NCBI GenBank assembly: GCA_964355135.1
Contig: CAYHCG010000005.1
Span: 30,320-62,319 of the forward strand
DNA length: 32,000 nt
Source of the DNA: Candidatus Woesearchaeota archaeon
GTDB taxonomy: Archaea; Nanobdellota; Nanobdellia; Pacearchaeales; GW2011-AR1
Direction: 5' to 3'
Positions 7,165 through 15,973 of the stretch are shown here, piece after piece. Each line of letters begins with the position of its first letter. Position 1 is the stretch's first letter. The notes under the pieces were generated by a model that was not told the origin of the DNA, ran no database searches, and was given only the letters and a program-made list of their open reading frames with translations. The position numbers and the translations under genes are program-made.

Positions 7165-7674
7165 TTAATCTTCCCCGAAATCTATTTGTTCGTAAGTGTC
7201 CATTTCTTTCTTATCCTTAGTTTCTTCTTTTTCATCTTTTTCACGCCTTATAACCTTTACGTTATCCATCTTAACCGTAACAGGGATAGGTACACTCGCG
7301 CCTAGTAGTGAAACAACGACTTCTCCTTTGGTCTTATCGACTCTAGTAACTTTTGCTTGCTCTCCCTTGAATGTCTGTCCGATTATTTCAATAATATCTC
7401 CTATTTCAATATTCATTTCTTCTACTTTAGGTTCGATCATATTTTCTATTTCTTTATATTCAACAGTCTTGCCAATAATCCCTTTAACATACGGTAGATT
7501 AAATGCAGCTTCTTCAGCGCTTTCTCTGTCAGCAGCTTCAAGAATAATATATCCCTTTAATCCATGAGGCCTTATAGCAGAATAAACTGATAAATTCTTT
7601 TTAACAACTCTATCGCTAATCATTTCGATTGCTTTATCTTCCTTGTTTGTTGTGATCTTTATGATAAATATCAT
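7165..7674 (-). CDS. spt5: Transcription elongation factor Spt5 (archaeal NusG)
   Basis: It has an NGN domain (KGYIILEAADRESAEEA, PYVKGIIG) and a KOW motif (GDIIEIIGQTFKGEQAKVTRVD). It lies immediately upstream of rpl11 with no gap. Confidence 0.9.
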   Translation of the reverse strand: MIFIIKITTNKEDKAIEMISDRVVKKNLSVYSAIRPHGLKGYIILEAADRESAEEAAFNLPYVKGIIGKTVEYKEIENMIEPKVEEMNIEIGDIIEIIGQTFKGEQAKVTRVDKTKGEVVVSLLGASVPIPVTVKMDNVKVIRREKDEKEETKDKKEMDTYEQIDFGED

Positions 7675-7807
7675 TTTTCGTAAGTTCCGACTACCTCCTA
7701 ATCAATAAGAAGTAGACAAATATCTATAAAATTTTACCTTTTTAAATTTGTCGTTTTCTCCCTTTCCTCATAAATATCTTAATAAACTTACAAATGCTAA
7801 GATAATC

Positions 7808-8083
7808 ATGGCTGATAGAGTAGGTATAGAGGGTATCGCGGAAAGATTAAAATTTGAAGATAGTCAAGGCAGGGAAGTAATAGGAAGAATAGAAGCCAAT
7901 CTCGAATGCCCTAAATGCAAGACGCCCTCCCTCTATAGACATACTGCAACGGGAGGTAGCGGGGAAGATATCGTGAATTATAATGGAGCATGCTGTAGTG
8001 GTTGTGATTATCATGAAAGACTAGATACGTATCCGAATGCAGGCTCGCATAATCAAAACTCTACTACTCAAATTTCTCACTAG
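7808..8083 (+). CDS. Small zinc-ribbon protein (start moved to the ATG at 7808)
   Basis: It has CPKC...CSGC cysteine pairs. The track start at 7748 is a TTG. The ATG at 7808 has an AT-rich TATA-like element about 26 nt upstream. Confidence 0.5.
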   Translation: MADRVGIEGIAERLKFEDSQGREVIGRIEANLECPKCKTPSLYRHTATGGSGEDIVNYNGACCSGCDYHERLDTYPNAGSHNQNSTTQISH

Positions 8084-8681
8084 CTTTAAAGAGCATAACT
8101 AGCTCAACAATTCTCGCGGCAATCGCAACAACGAAACCTATCATAATAATATAAGTCGCTCCGGCAACGATATTTAATATCCCTGCAGCATGAGCATATT
8201 TTACTTTACGTTTAAGTTTCAATAATCCTACTCCAAATAATATAGAATACGTTCCAATAACTGCCATACTTACAACATAAACGATAATTGTAAATATCAC
8301 AAATGCTCTAACTGCCTCTCCAAATAAATAATCTAAATTATCAATATCTACAAAAGGAATATTTGCTGCCTCTATCGCGCTTGCATTTTTAATAAACAAG
8401 GAGAAAGTCATAACAGTTCCAAATGCTAAGTATAAAATTAATAATCCAATGCCTATCCAGGACATTACACTAAGCAAAGTGCTCTTAAATTTATTTCCTA
8501 AAACAAGGAATCCATTTAAGAATAATATAGAGAAAGTTCCTCCAAGAATAATGCCTAAGAATGAAATAATCCATCGTATAGGAGAATTCTCTATTCCCAA
8601 AACCACAATAGGTGCAATAATCAAATAAATGCATAGGGCAACTATTCCCGATGCCGCTGCAACTTTAAGAGGTCTATTCAT
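8064..8681 (-). CDS. Polytopic membrane protein (about 6 TM helices), function unknown
   Basis: 205 aa, almost entirely hydrophobic helices separated by short loops. Confidence 0.55.
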   Translation of the reverse strand: MNRPLKVAAASGIVALCIYLIIAPIVVLGIENSPIRWIISFLGIILGGTFSILFLNGFLVLGNKFKSTLLSVMSWIGIGLLILYLAFGTVMTFSLFIKNASAIEAANIPFVDIDNLDYLFGEAVRAFVIFTIIVYVVSMAVIGTYSILFGVGLLKLKRKVKYAHAAGILNIVAGATYIIMIGFVVAIAARIVELVMLFKASEKFE

Positions 8682-8712
8682 ATTCCATTAAGGAAAAATC
8701 AAGTTATAAAGC

Positions 8713-9612
8713 TTACTTTTCGTCTATCTGTTTAAATTCCCAAGTCGGATCAATAAAAATATTTCCGTCAAAAGGTTTGATGCCATAGCAAGGGAATGAA
8801 TCAGTGCCGTCAGGGTATATCACAGGAGGATCAATCATGAGATCATTCAAGGAGTTGCCATCTATTCTAACTGAAGGATTTGATTCCGAGGTAAATCTGG
8901 TAGGAGGGTAAAAAAGCGAATTAACTCCGCCTATATCTTGGCAAGTATTGCCATTTATCCCTCTAGATGATCCTTGATTTGGAAGAACAATCACTCTAGG
9001 GACATCTTCAAAAAAAGTACGTTCTATTGTTACAGAAGGTTCGCCTGAAAAAGAGAAACCCTGCCCATAATTATTCATGTTAAAGAAATCTGCATTTCCT
9101 TTAAATCCTGTAATTGTTCCATATTTAGCATTTCTACTCTCTTTAAAGCCTTCCGTTCTTGCAGATGCCCCACTTCTTACAATTGGAGAATCGTATTCTA
9201 CATTGCGGGTATCAAATTGACTATCTCGTACAACCACGTCAAAGGAATTTGCATACGGAGGAATATTCATTCCTTTTCTAGGCAATAAAATATTTTTTCC
9301 ATTTATATCAACATGAATCGTTCTTTCTCCACCCAGGGTAATTGTAGCGTTATCTCTCATTAAGAGAAGAGTTTCTAGAAACCCTCCTTCTGCAGGTTGA
9401 GTATCAACTCCAAGAGCATAGGGAACTAATTCATCAGTAAAATCATCTAGGAGTGCTTGAACTCGAGCTGTTTTCTGTCTTTCTCTATCCAAATCCTTTC
9501 TCAGGCTTGTTATCTCTTTTCCTTTTTGGTAAACACTGTATCCTAAAACACCAGCCATTAAAATAAAATTGACTAGCATTCCCTTAGCAAATAGGCTACT
9601 TCTTCTTTCCAT
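8713..9612 (-). CDS. N-terminally membrane-anchored protein with a coiled-coil and a Gly/Asn/Ser-rich beta-type ectodomain
   Basis: It has a TM helix (MLVNFILMAGVLGYSVY), a charged helix (LRKDLDRERQKTARVQALLDD) and then a beta-rich region. No motif recognised. Confidence 0.55.
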   Translation of the reverse strand: MERRSSLFAKGMLVNFILMAGVLGYSVYQKGKEITSLRKDLDRERQKTARVQALLDDFTDELVPYALGVDTQPAEGGFLETLLLMRDNATITLGGERTIHVDINGKNILLPRKGMNIPPYANSFDVVVRDSQFDTRNVEYDSPIVRSGASARTEGFKESRNAKYGTITGFKGNADFFNMNNYGQGFSFSGEPSVTIERTFFEDVPRVIVLPNQGSSRGINGNTCQDIGGVNSLFYPPTRFTSESNPSVRIDGNSLNDLMIDPPVIYPDGTDSFPCYGIKPFDGNIFIDPTWEFKQIDEK

Positions 9613-9693
9613 AAAAAATTAACAAAATTTCTATACTTAAACCTTTTCCCTCATGACAATTAAGCATAAATACTCTTTTTGCTTCATAAAATT

Positions 9694-9999
9694 ATGGTTT
9701 CCGAGAACTTCTCTAGGGGCCTTGCAGACGAATTGCATCTTTCTGATTTAGAAATGTCGGAATTAGTTTATGATTCTATTGCAGTGATTTATTTTTCTAA
9801 TGATCTGGAATTAGAAAGATTAACTTCTAGGATAAGTTGTCTATCTGAGAGGAGAGTTGATGAATGTTTTTTACAGGACGATTTGGTCTATGTAGTTGTA
9901 AGAACGCAAGATCTAGAATACATTTCTTATCCTGTATTTGATGTTGGGCAAACAGAACTTGGAAGGACAAGAGCACAAAGGAGAAGAATAGCTCTCTAA
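9694..9999 (+). CDS. Hypothetical protein (start moved from the TTG at 9679 to the ATG at 9694)
   Basis: A TATA-like 'aagcataaatac' lies about 25 nt upstream of the ATG. No motif recognised. Confidence 0.4.
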   Translation: MVSENFSRGLADELHLSDLEMSELVYDSIAVIYFSNDLELERLTSRISCLSERRVDECFLQDDLVYVVVRTQDLEYISYPVFDVGQTELGRTRAQRRRIAL

Positions 10000-10448
10000 T
10001 CAGCTCTTTCAAGTTTAGTTAGATATTCCTTAATTCTATCAATTGTCTGAGGAATAAGGAAATTCTCGATCTTCGCCCTGAATATTTCAGATAATGGTTC
10101 AAACTCCGACATGCGGTATTTGTTCTCCTGTTTATCGACAATCATCCCATCTCTTAATCTTTTCAGCTGCCTTCGTATATTGCTTTCAGCCATACCTTTA
10201 TTTTCTAAAGAATTTTTCTTTCGTAAGTCATTGACTTTATCGCGTATTTCAAAAGAACTTAGCCAGCTTTTACTTTTTCTTCCTTCTTCAAGAACAAACA
10301 GCATATCAACAATAATGTCCCTCGAATCCCCGGGTTGCAATAGTCCCAAACTCAAGCAGACCTTTCTAACAAGCTCTCTTTTAGAAGAATCATAAGGCCT
10401 TTCATACTTTCTTAATGTAATCTCCCCAAGTGGAAGGTCTTTCACCAT
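9996..10448 (-). CDS. Winged-helix DNA-binding protein (putative transcriptional regulator)
   Basis: 150 aa. The pattern ...IRDKVNDLRKK....MAESNIRRQLKRLRDGMIVDKQENKYR fits a recognition helix plus wing. It is translationally coupled to the upstream zinc-ribbon ORF. Confidence 0.55.
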   Translation of the reverse strand: MVKDLPLGEITLRKYERPYDSSKRELVRKVCLSLGLLQPGDSRDIIVDMLFVLEEGRKSKSWLSSFEIRDKVNDLRKKNSLENKGMAESNIRRQLKRLRDGMIVDKQENKYRMSEFEPLSEIFRAKIENFLIPQTIDRIKEYLTKLERAD

Positions 10449-10621
10449 TCTATCGCTTGCCCCTTATTTATTTTTTTTATTTTGACCAATTCATCATTTT
10501 TTGCAGTTGGAAATGGTCCACCGTATCCGCATTCTTTGCATTTAATCGTTTCCAGCTTAAAATTATGTCCCAAAGTATACTCTTTAGAGATTTCATTCCC
10601 ACAGTTAGGACACTTCACCAT
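10442..10621 (-). CDS. 59-aa zinc-ribbon protein (below the size cutoff of the ORF track)
   Basis: Hand translation: MVKCPNCGNEISKEYTLGHNFKLETIKCKECGYGGPFPTAKNDELVKIKKINKGQAIEW*. It has CPNC...CKEC. Its stop codon overlaps the start of the next gene (ATGGTGA). Confidence 0.55.
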   Translation of the reverse strand: MVKCPNCGNEISKEYTLGHNFKLETIKCKECGYGGPFPTAKNDELVKIKKINKGQAIEW

Positions 10622-10671
10622 TCCTCTGTAAATATAGCAATTATTATAAATCTAATGTTCATGAAGTTTTC

Positions 10672-11028
10672 ATGAATTTGGTTGCTTATATTGGTAAAGA
10701 CAAGGAAAATTGGGGACAGGTTACCGCTTTAATTAATCGCCTTGACTGCGAAAAAGTATTTCTTCTTAAGGATAAAGCTTCCGAAAATTTCCCAGCAAAC
10801 GAGAAATGTTATCTAATCGAGATTGATCCAACAGCCCCTCTTCTTACTTTAAAAGACGAGATTCATCAAAAACTCTCTAGAGAATTAGCCAGTGATTTCG
10901 AAGTAGCTCTTTCAATCGCTTCAGGCACAGGCAAGGAACACATGGCAATCATCTCCGCATTGTTGAGTATTCCCGTTGGGGTTAGGTTTGTCGCTTTTAC
11001 CAAAGGCGGCGTAGAATTCCTCAGTTAA
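10672..11028 (+). CDS. Hypothetical protein (small Rossmann-like alpha/beta pattern)
   Basis: 118-aa ORF with a TATA-like 'attattataaatc' about 27 nt upstream. It contains a 'SIASGTGKEHMAIISAL' glycine-rich loop. No secure family call. Confidence 0.5.
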   Translation: MNLVAYIGKDKENWGQVTALINRLDCEKVFLLKDKASENFPANEKCYLIEIDPTAPLLTLKDEIHQKLSRELASDFEVALSIASGTGKEHMAIISALLSIPVGVRFVAFTKGGVEFLS

Positions 11029-11029
11029 G

Positions 11030-11248
11030 TTATCTCTCGTCAGCTCGTGGCGAAGTATCAAGTTTGGTTTCTAGTCTTCTCCCCATCTGATAGGATAAAC
11101 AAGCGGCATCAAACCAATCAAAAACAGAGTCTGGATTTCCCGCCAGTTCTGCAAATGCATCAATAACATCAGGTTCTTGCCCTGATTGATATCTAAATAC
11201 AAATCTCTCTTCTCCTTTTATTAAACTTAGTTGATATGTCCTGCTCAT
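11030..11248 (-). CDS. Hypothetical 72-aa acidic protein, last gene of the aIF5A-L40e-S2P operon
   Basis: Its ATG lies 3 nt after the S2P stop. It is Arg/Glu/Asp-rich. No motif recognised. Confidence 0.45.
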   Translation of the reverse strand: MSRTYQLSLIKGEERFVFRYQSGQEPDVIDAFAELAGNPDSVFDWFDAACLSYQMGRRLETKLDTSPRADER

Positions 11249-11250
11249 CT

Positions 11251-12645
11251 TTATACAAATCTAAAAGCCCATCGGACCATTAACAAAAATAACATTAAGA
11301 CTAGTATCCATGTTGCGAAAAGATATGCCTTCTTGCCCGCCTTTTCGCTTCCAGTTATTCCCCAAATAGTTAGATAGAAGAATCTACCTCCGTCTAGGAT
11401 GCTCAAAGGAAGCATATTAAACAATGCCACAAGCAAGTTTATGATTATAGTCCACCATAGCAAGTAATATACAAACCAACCAAATTCTCCCCACTTTGAG
11501 ATATAGAAGACAGCAGGTTCTTTTATCTTCGCAAAAGTAAGATTATAGACAATTCCAACTATCCCTCTGTTAGATATAGGGAAGAATCCTATTCCCAGGA
11601 AAGCTTTTCCGTTTCTTTCCTCAAGTTCAATACTAAATTCTTTTTCCTCATACTCGGAATCTCTATCATTTTCTAAAATTGCGCTCTTTATCTCTAATGT
11701 GTCTCCAGCTTCATATTCCTGTATGACTCTGCTTAATTCTTCCTGACTTGTTACTTTCTGGCCATTGATTTCCATTATAGCTCCAGAAAGTTGCGCTCTA
11801 AAAGCAGGAGAATTCTCATAAACAATCAGTGTTTTACTTTCAGCGTTCACGGCTCTCTCCCATCCAACATAATCAACAAAATAAGTTCTATTGCCTACCG
11901 CAAGTTCAAGCAAGCCTTCCCGTATGGTGCTGTTTCCTATAACCGTAATACCATCTACATTTAATTCATTTAATGCATAGGTATTGAATTTAACCCCAGC
12001 AGGAACAAACAACGAGGCAAAAAATAGCCAGAATATTAATCCAAATAAAATAGTCATCACAATATTTGCAAAAGTTCCGGCCGCTAAAACAGACAGTTGA
12101 GGTACCTTCTTTGCCTTACTCATCTGTTTCTCATCAGGCTCTACAAATGCCCCCAGGATCGGTCCTAAAAATGCAAATCCTGTTGAATGTATCTTAAATC
12201 CATGGAGTCTTGCAAATATGCCATGGGAAAATTCGTGCGATATAGCAACTATTCCGATTATAATAATAAAATAAGTAAAGTACAATGGTGGAAAGAATGA
12301 TTCTAAGCCAAATAATTTAGGAAAATAAGGAATTAAAGGTGCAACAGGAGGAGCGCTAATTAAATTTGCCAATGGCGTCGTAAAGTACAAATAAACGCTT
12401 TTTCCAAAATACCATACCATGGTAACCATAAGTATGTATCCGCTTGCAATTACAACATATTGTAGTGGTCTGAGAATTTTTTCAAATTTCTTGGCAAATG
12501 TGTCAATAAATTTTATTCCTAATTGGGTCCTATAAAGGTAAATAATTCCTTGTCTGGTCAAGTTCTTTTTTCTTGTAGCTAAGAATAGAATTACAAATAC
12601 TATAAATAATGCTAAAAATATCAAGTCGTATGTTACAAAGCTCAT
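11251..12645 (-). CDS. Site-2 protease (M50 family intramembrane metalloprotease) with a PDZ insert
   Basis: It has the HEFSHG (HExxH) motif within a TM helix and NMLPLSILDGGR (NxxPxxxLDG) near the C-terminus. It has multiple TM helices and a central soluble PDZ-like region (GAIMEINGQKVTS). Confidence 0.9.
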   Translation of the reverse strand: MSFVTYDLIFLALFIVFVILFLATRKKNLTRQGIIYLYRTQLGIKFIDTFAKKFEKILRPLQYVVIASGYILMVTMVWYFGKSVYLYFTTPLANLISAPPVAPLIPYFPKLFGLESFFPPLYFTYFIIIIGIVAISHEFSHGIFARLHGFKIHSTGFAFLGPILGAFVEPDEKQMSKAKKVPQLSVLAAGTFANIVMTILFGLIFWLFFASLFVPAGVKFNTYALNELNVDGITVIGNSTIREGLLELAVGNRTYFVDYVGWERAVNAESKTLIVYENSPAFRAQLSGAIMEINGQKVTSQEELSRVIQEYEAGDTLEIKSAILENDRDSEYEEKEFSIELEERNGKAFLGIGFFPISNRGIVGIVYNLTFAKIKEPAVFYISKWGEFGWFVYYLLWWTIIINLLVALFNMLPLSILDGGRFFYLTIWGITGSEKAGKKAYLFATWILVLMLFLLMVRWAFRFV

Positions 12646-12654
12646 TTTCCTCTC

Positions 12655-12819
12655 TTATTTCTTACGTATTGGTCTGAAAGATCTTCCATCACATCTTGGG
12701 CATTTCACTTTTCCCGCGATTATCCTTACAGGCTGTGAACGTATCTTCTTATTACATATCTTGCATATATATACATTCTCAAACATCCTTTTCTGTGCTG
12801 TTGGTATTTTAGTTGCCAT
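12655..12819 (-). CDS. rpl40e: Ribosomal protein L40e (54 aa; below the ORF-track cutoff)
   Basis: Hand translation: MATKIPTAQKRMFENVYICKICNKKIRSQPVRIIAGKVKCPRCDGRSFRPIRKK*. This is the archaeal L40e pattern with CxxC...CxxC and a basic C-terminus. Confidence 0.8.
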   Translation of the reverse strand: MATKIPTAQKRMFENVYICKICNKKIRSQPVRIIAGKVKCPRCDGRSFRPIRKK

Positions 12820-12822
12820 AGT

Positions 12823-12990
12823 TTATATTCTCCTAGTTATTTCTTGAGCAGTTCTTATTGCATATGTGTCTAATTCTCTATCATAACGTAAAAGATTTGC
12901 AGGCATAAAATCTCTTTCTCCAGTCACATCTTGGCAAGACTGACCAAACTCTTCCATCCATTCCAAATCGTAACTTCTTTCTACAGTCAT
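12823..12990 (-). CDS. 55-aa hypothetical protein wedged between aIF5A and L40e
   Basis: Its ATG overlaps the aIF5A stop (ATGA at 12987..12990) and its stop lies 3 nt before the L40e ATG. The frame is open for 69 codons in AT-rich DNA. Sequence: MTVERSYDLEWMEEFGQSCQDVTGERDF... Confidence 0.45.
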   Translation of the reverse strand: MTVERSYDLEWMEEFGQSCQDVTGERDFMPANLLRYDRELDTYAIRTAQEITRRI

Positions 12991-13379
12991 GTTAATGCCC
13001 TCATAATCATTTTCTTGCCTTCGATATCCCACATTTCTGCATTTCCTTCAGGCTCTAATTTATCTTTTAATTCAGGCAGGAATGGAACATCAATAGTCTC
13101 GTAACTTTCTAAATCCATAACGGATGCCCTATCATCCCCAACACTTAAAACTTGTACTTTTTTCTTTTCAACGTTAGGAATATCAAATCTGTCTCCGCCA
13201 GGAACTGCAATAATCTTTTTCTTGTCTACAAATACGCCAACAGCTTCAATTCTACACTTACTCGCTCCGTGTTTTCCAGTCTTACTAATATCGTTCGACC
13301 TTACAGTATAAGCGTCGCCATCAACTAGTATAGTTGTTCCCGGTTTAGCCTGTGTAGCGTCAATTACTCTTAAAACCAT
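12987..13379 (-). CDS. eif5a: Translation initiation factor 5A (aIF5A)
   Basis: It has the hypusination loop SKTGKHGASKCRIEAVG, an N-terminal SH3-like domain and a C-terminal OB domain. Confidence 0.95.
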   Translation of the reverse strand: MVLRVIDATQAKPGTTILVDGDAYTVRSNDISKTGKHGASKCRIEAVGVFVDKKKIIAVPGGDRFDIPNVEKKKVQVLSVGDDRASVMDLESYETIDVPFLPELKDKLEPEGNAEMWDIEGKKMIMRALT

Positions 13380-13400
13380 AAAGTTTGTTCGTAAGAATCG

Positions 13401-13408
13401 TTTATAAA
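13401..13408 (-). promoter_or_regulatory. TATA box for the aIF5A operon (leaderless spacing)
   Basis: TTTATAAA lies 22-29 nt upstream of the aIF5A ATG. Confidence 0.45.
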
Positions 13409-13566
13409 ACTTACCATAGTAAGTTTTGCATTAATTCTAATGTTTTTTTGCAGTCTTCCGTATGCATTCAAAGTGCTCTTTGTAGTTCGCTGTAATTTAT
13501 TTGTCCCATATAGAATAAAAGAATAAAAGCAGTAGCATTTTTAAACCTCATTTATATCCTAGTTTT

Positions 13567-14244
13567 ATGACACAAGAGAAAACAAAAAACAAAGACTTCG
13601 TGGAAATAAAATTTACAGGCTTTGCAAATAATGAAATGTTTGATTCTAACATTGCAGAAGATCTGCACAAGATAAATCCAAAAGCAAAAGAAGACAAATT
13701 GATAGTTGTTGTTGGAGAAAGTATGGTCGTTAAAGGTTTTGACAATGAATTACAAGACAAAGAGCTCGACAAAGAATATGAAATAGTCGTGAAACCTTCC
13801 GAAGGTTTTGGGCAAAGGAACAAAACTTTAATGAAAACAATCCCTCTTAAGGCATTTACACAGCAGCAAGTAGCTCCCAAGGCAGGAATGGTCTTAGCCT
13901 TAGACAATCATGTCGTAAAAATAATCGCTGTCTCAGGAGCCAGAGTTATAGTAGATTTCAATAATCCTTTGGCTGGAAAAGACCTCACATATAAGTTCAA
14001 AATTCTAAGAAAAGTAACTGATGAAAAAGAAAAAGCAGATTCAGTATTCAAGTTTTTCTTTGGTTTTGTCCCAGAATTTGAAATTGGGGAAAAGATAAAG
14101 GTACACGCTCAAAAGAACATTGCTCCATTAATCAAGCTATACGATGAAAAGTTCAAAGAGTTATTAGGGAAGCATTTAGAATTTGTTGAAAAAAAGGAAG
14201 ATAAAGAAAGCGCTAAACAAGAGCAAAAGCACGCTCAACATTAA
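13567..14244 (+). CDS. Long-type FKBP peptidyl-prolyl cis-trans isomerase with an IF (insert-in-flap) domain
   Basis: FVEIKFTGFANNEMFDSN, VVKGFDNELQDKELDKEYEIVVKPSEGFGQRN and VIVDFNNPLAGKDLTYKFKILRKV match archaeal SlyD/FKBP26-type motifs. Confidence 0.85.
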   Translation: MTQEKTKNKDFVEIKFTGFANNEMFDSNIAEDLHKINPKAKEDKLIVVVGESMVVKGFDNELQDKELDKEYEIVVKPSEGFGQRNKTLMKTIPLKAFTQQQVAPKAGMVLALDNHVVKIIAVSGARVIVDFNNPLAGKDLTYKFKILRKVTDEKEKADSVFKFFFGFVPEFEIGEKIKVHAQKNIAPLIKLYDEKFKELLGKHLEFVEKKEDKESAKQEQKHAQH

Positions 14245-14269
14245 AATTAATTAAACTCTATACAAATGC

Positions 14270-14278
14270 TTATAAATA
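14270..14278 (+). promoter_or_regulatory. TATA box upstream of ftsZ
   Basis: TTATAAATA lies 23-31 nt upstream of the ftsZ ATG. Confidence 0.45.
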
Positions 14279-14300
14279 GTTTTTCATTCATATAAACAGT

Positions 14301-15398
14301 ATGGCAGAATTGAATATAGAAAAAGGGGAGAATAGAGCCACCAGGACGATAGACGAAGAACTGGAGTCTTTAATACAGAGACATTCAGCAAGAGTAAAAG
14401 TCTTTGGTTGCGGAGGCGGTGGTGGAAACTCAGTCTCAAGAATGAAAGAAATAGGAATCAAGGGCTGTGAAATAATTGCGATCAATACCGATGCGCAGGA
14501 CTTATTGTATTCTGATGCAGATGCTAAAATATTAATTGGCAGAGAATTAACAAATGGTCTAGGCGCAGGAAGCAATCCAAAAATAGGAGAGCAGGCAGCG
14601 CGAGAATCAGAGTCTGAGATAAGAAAAAGGATATCTGACTCTGACATGGTGTTCATTACTTGTGGTCTGGGCGGAGGAACAGGAACAGGTTCTTCGCCGG
14701 TAGTCGCCGAAATAGCCAAGAAACAGGGAGCTTTGACCATTGGCGTAGTTACTTTACCTTTTACAGTAGAAGGACAGAAAAGAATAGAAAATGCTCAAAA
14801 CGGTCTAGAAAAATTAGCTGCAATAGTCGATACACTAATAGTAATCCCTAATGATAAACTTCTTGAAATAGCTCCTGATTTACCAATTCACACCGCATTT
14901 AAAGTTGCAGATGAAATCTTAACCAATAGCGTAAAAGGAATAACAGAATTGATTACTAAAACAGGTCTTGTTAATCTTGATTTTGCAGACGTAAAAGCAG
15001 TAATGGCAAACGGAGGAGTTTCTTTAATCGGAATAGGCGAATCAGATTCAAAAGATAGAGCAAGAGAGGCAGTTGAAAGAGCCATTAACAATCCTTTGTT
15101 AGATGTAGACATAACTAACGCTACAGGAGCATTAGTAAACATAATCGGAGGAAATGACCTTTCTCTAGAAGAATATAATAAAATAATGAAAATCATAGGC
15201 GAAAAAATCTCTCCAGACGCAAAAATAATTTCAGGAGCTCAAATCTCTGCAGATATGGAAAACTCCATAAAAGTATTGTTAATAGTAACTGGAGTTCGCT
15301 CTTCCCAGATCATGGGCTCAACTGATTTTGAGGATGCCAGTAATAACAGTCCACTTGAACAAGAGTTGGGCCTTGATATCTTTGAAAATAGACTTTAA
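14301..15398 (+). CDS. ftsZ: Cell division GTPase FtsZ
   Basis: It has GCGGGGGNSV, the tubulin signature GLGGGTGTGSSPVVAEIAK, and the NTDAQ and DFADV motifs. Confidence 0.97.
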   Translation: MAELNIEKGENRATRTIDEELESLIQRHSARVKVFGCGGGGGNSVSRMKEIGIKGCEIIAINTDAQDLLYSDADAKILIGRELTNGLGAGSNPKIGEQAARESESEIRKRISDSDMVFITCGLGGGTGTGSSPVVAEIAKKQGALTIGVVTLPFTVEGQKRIENAQNGLEKLAAIVDTLIVIPNDKLLEIAPDLPIHTAFKVADEILTNSVKGITELITKTGLVNLDFADVKAVMANGGVSLIGIGESDSKDRAREAVERAINNPLLDVDITNATGALVNIIGGNDLSLEEYNKIMKIIGEKISPDAKIISGAQISADMENSIKVLLIVTGVRSSQIMGSTDFEDASNNSPLEQELGLDIFENRL

Positions 15399-15424
15399 AT
15401 ACCTAAAAGCTGACAACCTTATTT

Positions 15425-15925
15425 ATGAGAGGTGAAACACTTCATCTTAGGTATACAGGTGTAAGGGAGTTTGATAGGGCAGCGAGAATCTTAGATCTCC
15501 CTCTTTCTTTTGATCAAAGGGGTTTTACACTTCACGCGCTCATGACCCAGAAATTTTCTATTCCAGATGAGGGCAAATTTGTATCTCTCTTTTTGCCACA
15601 GGGCCCTGAAGTAGATATCCTATCTCCCTTAGGAGGAGCGCACATTAGAGATTTTAAGGAGCAAACCCGGAGCAGAGGACTCGAAGAAGGATTTTATAGG
15701 GAGGTATTTCGCCAGAGTATGTCTTCAAGAGGCTTTTTTGTCGAATATAAGGGATCAAAAGGGAGTAGAAGAGACAATTTCAAATTCCATTCTGGGCCTT
15801 CAGGCCTAGGGCTCATTAAATTTTGCATAAAAGTAAGAAATTATTCTAAATATAACTTCAATCCTATTCTAGAGAGGGGTTCTTCAGATCAGCTAATGGG
15901 TCTATACTCAGAAGATGTTTCTTAG
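15425..15925 (+). CDS. Hypothetical Arg-rich protein inserted between ftsZ and secE
   Basis: 166-aa ORF on the same strand, 26 nt after ftsZ. Its composition (R more frequent than K, GC-richer) differs from its neighbours. No motif recognised. Confidence 0.55.
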   Translation: MRGETLHLRYTGVREFDRAARILDLPLSFDQRGFTLHALMTQKFSIPDEGKFVSLFLPQGPEVDILSPLGGAHIRDFKEQTRSRGLEEGFYREVFRQSMSSRGFFVEYKGSKGSRRDNFKFHSGPSGLGLIKFCIKVRNYSKYNFNPILERGSSDQLMGLYSEDVS

Positions 15926-15973
15926 GAAATTAAAAATAGGTAGTTTTAAAAATACTATATCTTTAAGAAAATA

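Noticed and set aside
10672-11028. CARF-like (cyclic-oligonucleotide sensor) assignment for the 118-aa protein
   Set aside because: It rests only on a vague 'SGTGKEH' loop and an alpha/beta pattern. There are no cas genes or effector domain nearby. The evidence is too weak to call.
13548-13907. 119-aa minus-strand ORF opposite the FKBP gene, and the 150-aa ORF 14288..14740 opposite ftsZ
   Set aside because: They are antisense to genes with unambiguous FKBP and FtsZ motifs, and their composition is typical of shadow frames.
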